Part shown: positions 61,437 through 64,000 of the stretch, one piece after another
How positions within the stretch are numbered: the first letter of the stretch is position 1
How the letters are laid out: each line of letters opens with the position of its first letter
Assembly: GCF_030384885.1 (NCBI RefSeq)
Contig: NZ_CP128613.1
Reading direction: 5' to 3' (one strand)
DNA: 64,000 nt
Source: Escherichia coli
Lineage (GTDB): Bacteria; Pseudomonadota; Gammaproteobacteria; Enterobacterales; Enterobacteriaceae
Translations under genes and position numbers: made by a program
Notes under the pieces: model-generated
The model's input: only the letters and a program-made list of their open reading frames with translations
Databases searched by the model: none
Told to the model about the DNA's origin: nothing

Positions 61437-62663
61437 TTATCTCACCAGCTTTTCGGCACGCTGGTGTTTGGCCTGATACATATTGTGATCGGCCAGCTCT
61501 TGTAATTTTTCCGCAGAGGCATGCTCAATGGTCATCGCGTAACCAATGCTTAATGTCATGGTGGTCTGATGACCATTATGAAGATCAAACGGGCGATTAA
61601 AGATTTGTGTCAGTGCTGAGCAAATCCGATGTACTTCGGATTCCGACTGTACACCAAAGAGGACCATCGCAAATTCATCGCCGCCTATGCGGTATGCTTT
61701 ATGTTGCAGCCCGCCAAATTCAGCTAACCGTTTTGCTACCTCAATCAAGACACGATCGCCCGTCGCATGACCCCAGGTATCATTGATATATTTGAAATTA
61801 TCGCCATCAAGAAATAGTAACGCCGACGTTTTTCGGGCGTCGGAACTGCTCATCAACGTGTTGATGCCGCTACGAAACGCAGCCCGGTTCGCCAGCCCGG
61901 TTAATGGGTCATGTAGCGCGGTACGTAGAAGCTGCGCATTTTTGGCCTGTAAACGAAGCTGCCACTCTTCCATTTCATCCAGCAGACTGTTGAAGTCGAG
62001 AGCGAAGCGGTGAAACTCAGCGATACGTTCTTCCGAAACTCGTCGGGAAAAATTGCGGTTGGAACGCACATCATGTACGACATCGGTGATATTTTTCAGC
62101 GCTTCCACCAGGCCATTGTGCAAATGGCGGGTGAGGGTAATTGCGATGCCTGATGCCAGCAGAATACAACCGGTCAGGACAGCGAGCGAAAACCAGATAA
62201 AATGGCTGATTGAACTGTCGCGAGCGGTTAAGCGTACTTCGCCAATGGTTTCACCATTGTGACGAATCGGCTGAGTGATGGGGGCAGGGAAGAGCCAGTG
62301 GCTTATGAAATTGCTGAAAGTATCGCCTGGATCCTTACGGGTGTAATGCCAGGATGCCAGAATATTTTGCTGCTTATCACGCACTTCTGCAGTTGAAAAT
62401 TGCCCTTGCTTCCCCAGCGCTGCCAGTGTTTGAGTTGCTGCAGGGCCATCGGCAAAAACGACCGCTGCTTCCAGACTGTAAGTCATTGTTGCTGCTGTCA
62501 GTGCCAGGTTTTTTTGCGCGTACTGTTTCAGGGTCAGCACCGAGGTCACGGAAAGCAGCAACCAGATCAGCATCATAGTGATAAATATGCTGGTCATACT
62601 GATGTTGCGTAATGCTCTTTTAAACGTGGGGCGCTTATTAAGAGAATTATCGTTATCCATCAT
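61437..62663 (-). CDS. dgcN: Diguanylate cyclase DgcN (YfiN): TM-HAMP-GGDEF
   Basis: 408 aa; active-site RIGGDEF. Confidence 0.95.
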   Translation of the reverse strand: MMDNDNSLNKRPTFKRALRNISMTSIFITMMLIWLLLSVTSVLTLKQYAQKNLALTAATMTYSLEAAVVFADGPAATQTLAALGKQGQFSTAEVRDKQQNILASWHYTRKDPGDTFSNFISHWLFPAPITQPIRHNGETIGEVRLTARDSSISHFIWFSLAVLTGCILLASGIAITLTRHLHNGLVEALKNITDVVHDVRSNRNFSRRVSEERIAEFHRFALDFNSLLDEMEEWQLRLQAKNAQLLRTALHDPLTGLANRAAFRSGINTLMSSSDARKTSALLFLDGDNFKYINDTWGHATGDRVLIEVAKRLAEFGGLQHKAYRIGGDEFAMVLFGVQSESEVHRICSALTQIFNRPFDLHNGHQTTMTLSIGYAMTIEHASAEKLQELADHNMYQAKHQRAEKLVR

Positions 62664-63171
62664 TTTTCTTCCGTGCGAGCATTAAGACATCTGGGTTCAC
62701 CTTTACACCGCTACGCGATAAGGCATCCAGGTTTACGGCAAATCTGACGTCATTATTGTGGATGATCAGACAAAAGGCGCTGCCAATAATGCACTCGGCA
62801 TTTTGTTCGGCAATTAATAATAACGCCTTTGACGGATATTGTTCGGTTAATTCCATCTGGAATGTTGGTGACTCGTTGCCAAAATAAAAACCATTGCAGC
62901 CTGATATCATCGCCTCTTGTTGAGAGTGAATGATGACAGGCAGATAAGGCAAAGATGTCGCGCCATTCTCTTGTAGGGCGGTACTAAAACGTGAAGATGA
63001 AAAGATACATAACTTTGGTAGGCCTGATAGCGCAGGCCAGCGAGTGTAACTGACAATACCGGAAACCATCGTACGCACGTTTTTCGCAACGTCTGAAGGT
63101 TCCTGAGCGAGTATTGGTGCTCCCGTCAGGAGGAGAATCAGCAGTAAGAACAGACGATGAGAAAAACGCAT
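62653..63171 (-). CDS. yfiR: Periplasmic DgcN inhibitor YfiR
   Basis: 172 aa with signal peptide [22 protein letters not shown]. Overlaps the dgcN start by 11 nt. Confidence 0.95.
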   Translation of the reverse strand: MRFSHRLFLLLILLLTGAPILAQEPSDVAKNVRTMVSGIVSYTRWPALSGLPKLCIFSSSRFSTALQENGATSLPYLPVIIHSQQEAMISGCNGFYFGNESPTFQMELTEQYPSKALLLIAEQNAECIIGSAFCLIIHNNDVRFAVNLDALSRSGVKVNPDVLMLARKKNDG

Positions 63172-63320
63172 TCAGGGATCCTCACCATCTTCGCTTGCAA
63201 TGCATCGATAATTTTTCAGAATGCTCATTAAAATATCATTCTTTCATGCGGTCGTCATCAATGTGAGAAATAAAACACAATGAGTAGAATCTCATGTTTA
63301 ATTTATTTGTGGGGGGGTAA

Positions 63321-63686
63321 TTAATTTAATCGTATTGTGCTGGCATTTTCATCAGCCCCTTTTTGCCATACTTCATGCAGTTGGCTGGCATTTTCAACAT
63401 TGTTGCAGCTGGCAGGAAAGCTTTTACCGGAAAGTCCTCGGGCATAAGTAAAATCGGTCTGGCAAGTTTTCTTTTGTCCTTCGGCATATCCTTTAAGGTA
63501 TAGACCGCGATCCGCCTGTGAATCGCTAAATGCATCGTCATCTTTTATGGCGTTGCCCGATATCGCATCTTCCATACCAACATCATACCAGTCGGTGCTG
63601 GTCAAGGTTGGCGCGTGAGTATAAGGATCAATCTGACATCCGCTAACCAGTAAAGCCAACAAGGGGGCGATAAACTTTTTCATCAT
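63321..63686 (-). CDS. yfiL: DUF2799 lipoprotein YfiL
   Basis: ORF 63321..63725; the internal Met gives MMKKFIAPLLALLVSGC (lipobox), 121 aa. Confidence 0.9.
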   Translation of the reverse strand: MMKKFIAPLLALLVSGCQIDPYTHAPTLTSTDWYDVGMEDAISGNAIKDDDAFSDSQADRGLYLKGYAEGQKKTCQTDFTYARGLSGKSFPASCNNVENASQLHEVWQKGADENASTIRLN

Positions 63687-63731
63687 TTCTTTCTCCTTTT
63701 TCAAAGCATAGCGGATTGTTTTCAAAGGAGG

Positions 63732-63824
63732 TGTAAATTTATTTATACATAAACAAGGGTTAAAAGCGCGAATAAATTGCCTGTGTAAAGAAAAATGTAC
63801 GAAATATGGATTGAAAACTTTACT
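63732..63824. promoter_or_regulatory. aroF regulatory region with three TyrR boxes
   Basis: TGTAAAtttattTATACA (63732-49), TGTAAAgaaaaaTGTACG (63784-801), TGGATTgaaaacTTTACT (63807-24), against the TyrR consensus TGTAAA-N6-TTTACA. Located 70-165 nt upstream of aroF. Confidence 0.8.
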
Positions 63825-63895
63825 TTATGTGTTATCGTTACGTCATCCTCGCTGAGGATCAACTATCGCAAACGAGCATAAACAGGATCGCCATC

Positions 63896-64000
63896 ATGCA
63901 AAAAGACGCGCTGAATAACGTACATATTACCGACGAACAAGTTTTAATGACTCCGGAACAACTGAAGGCCGCTTTTCCATTAAGCCTGCAACAGGAAGCC
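63896..64000 (+). CDS. aroF: Tyr-sensitive DAHP synthase AroF, first 35 codons (runs off the window)
   Basis: Read by eye: MQKDALNNVHITDEQVLMTPEQLKAAFPLSLQQEA. Confidence 0.9.
   Translation, partial: MQKDALNNVHITDEQVLMTPEQLKAAFPLSLQQEA

Overview
The window is Escherichia coli chromosome with non-K-12 accessory content. I identified it from gene order and from protein sequences I recall; I ran no search.

**Core block, left (1-23.1 kb):** ygaZ', an intact ygaY, proXWV, nrdFEIH, an AhpD-like/MocR-like accessory pair, ygaM, ygaC, alaE, stpA, ygaPV, yqaE, ygaU, csiR-gabPTD-lhgO-csiD.

**AT-rich accessory stretch (23.1-34.1 kb):**
- an intact YgaQ-like GH13 protein
- tRNA-Ile2 (ileY)
- a YpjC-like protein
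- a decayed prophage end with a degenerate tmRNA 3' end
- a pin invertase pseudogene
- a 1,500-aa YpjA-type autotransporter

**Cryptic prophage (34.1-48.5 kb):** This is a ~14.3-kb Fels-2/186-like (P2 family) prophage remnant inserted in ssrA. A 38-bp direct repeat of the tmRNA 3' end bounds it.
- It keeps int, cI, apl, cII, traR-like, dam, the gpA replication gene and a LexA-controlled Tum/DinI module.
- It has lost almost all morphogenesis genes.
- It carries two cargo loci.

**Core block, right (48.5-64 kb):** ssrA, smpB, ratAB, bamE, recN, nadK, grpE, an extra acidic ORF, corB, ypjD, ffh, rpsP-rimM-trmD-rplS, yfiBNR, yfiL, aroF'.

**Most interesting candidates:**
1. An AT-rich two-gene operon lies between the att core and int. 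It encodes a membrane-anchored dCTP-deaminase/dUTPase-fold protein lacking the deaminase catalytic residues, plus a ThyX-like protein with a variant ThyX motif. I propose it as a possibly undescribed nucleotide-targeting, anti-phage-type module.
2. The tin/old-equivalent cargo slot holds a lipoprotein and a 778-aa RloC/PrrC-like ABC-ATPase with a CxxC hook.

All homology statements are by-eye comparisons to remembered sequences and need database confirmation.
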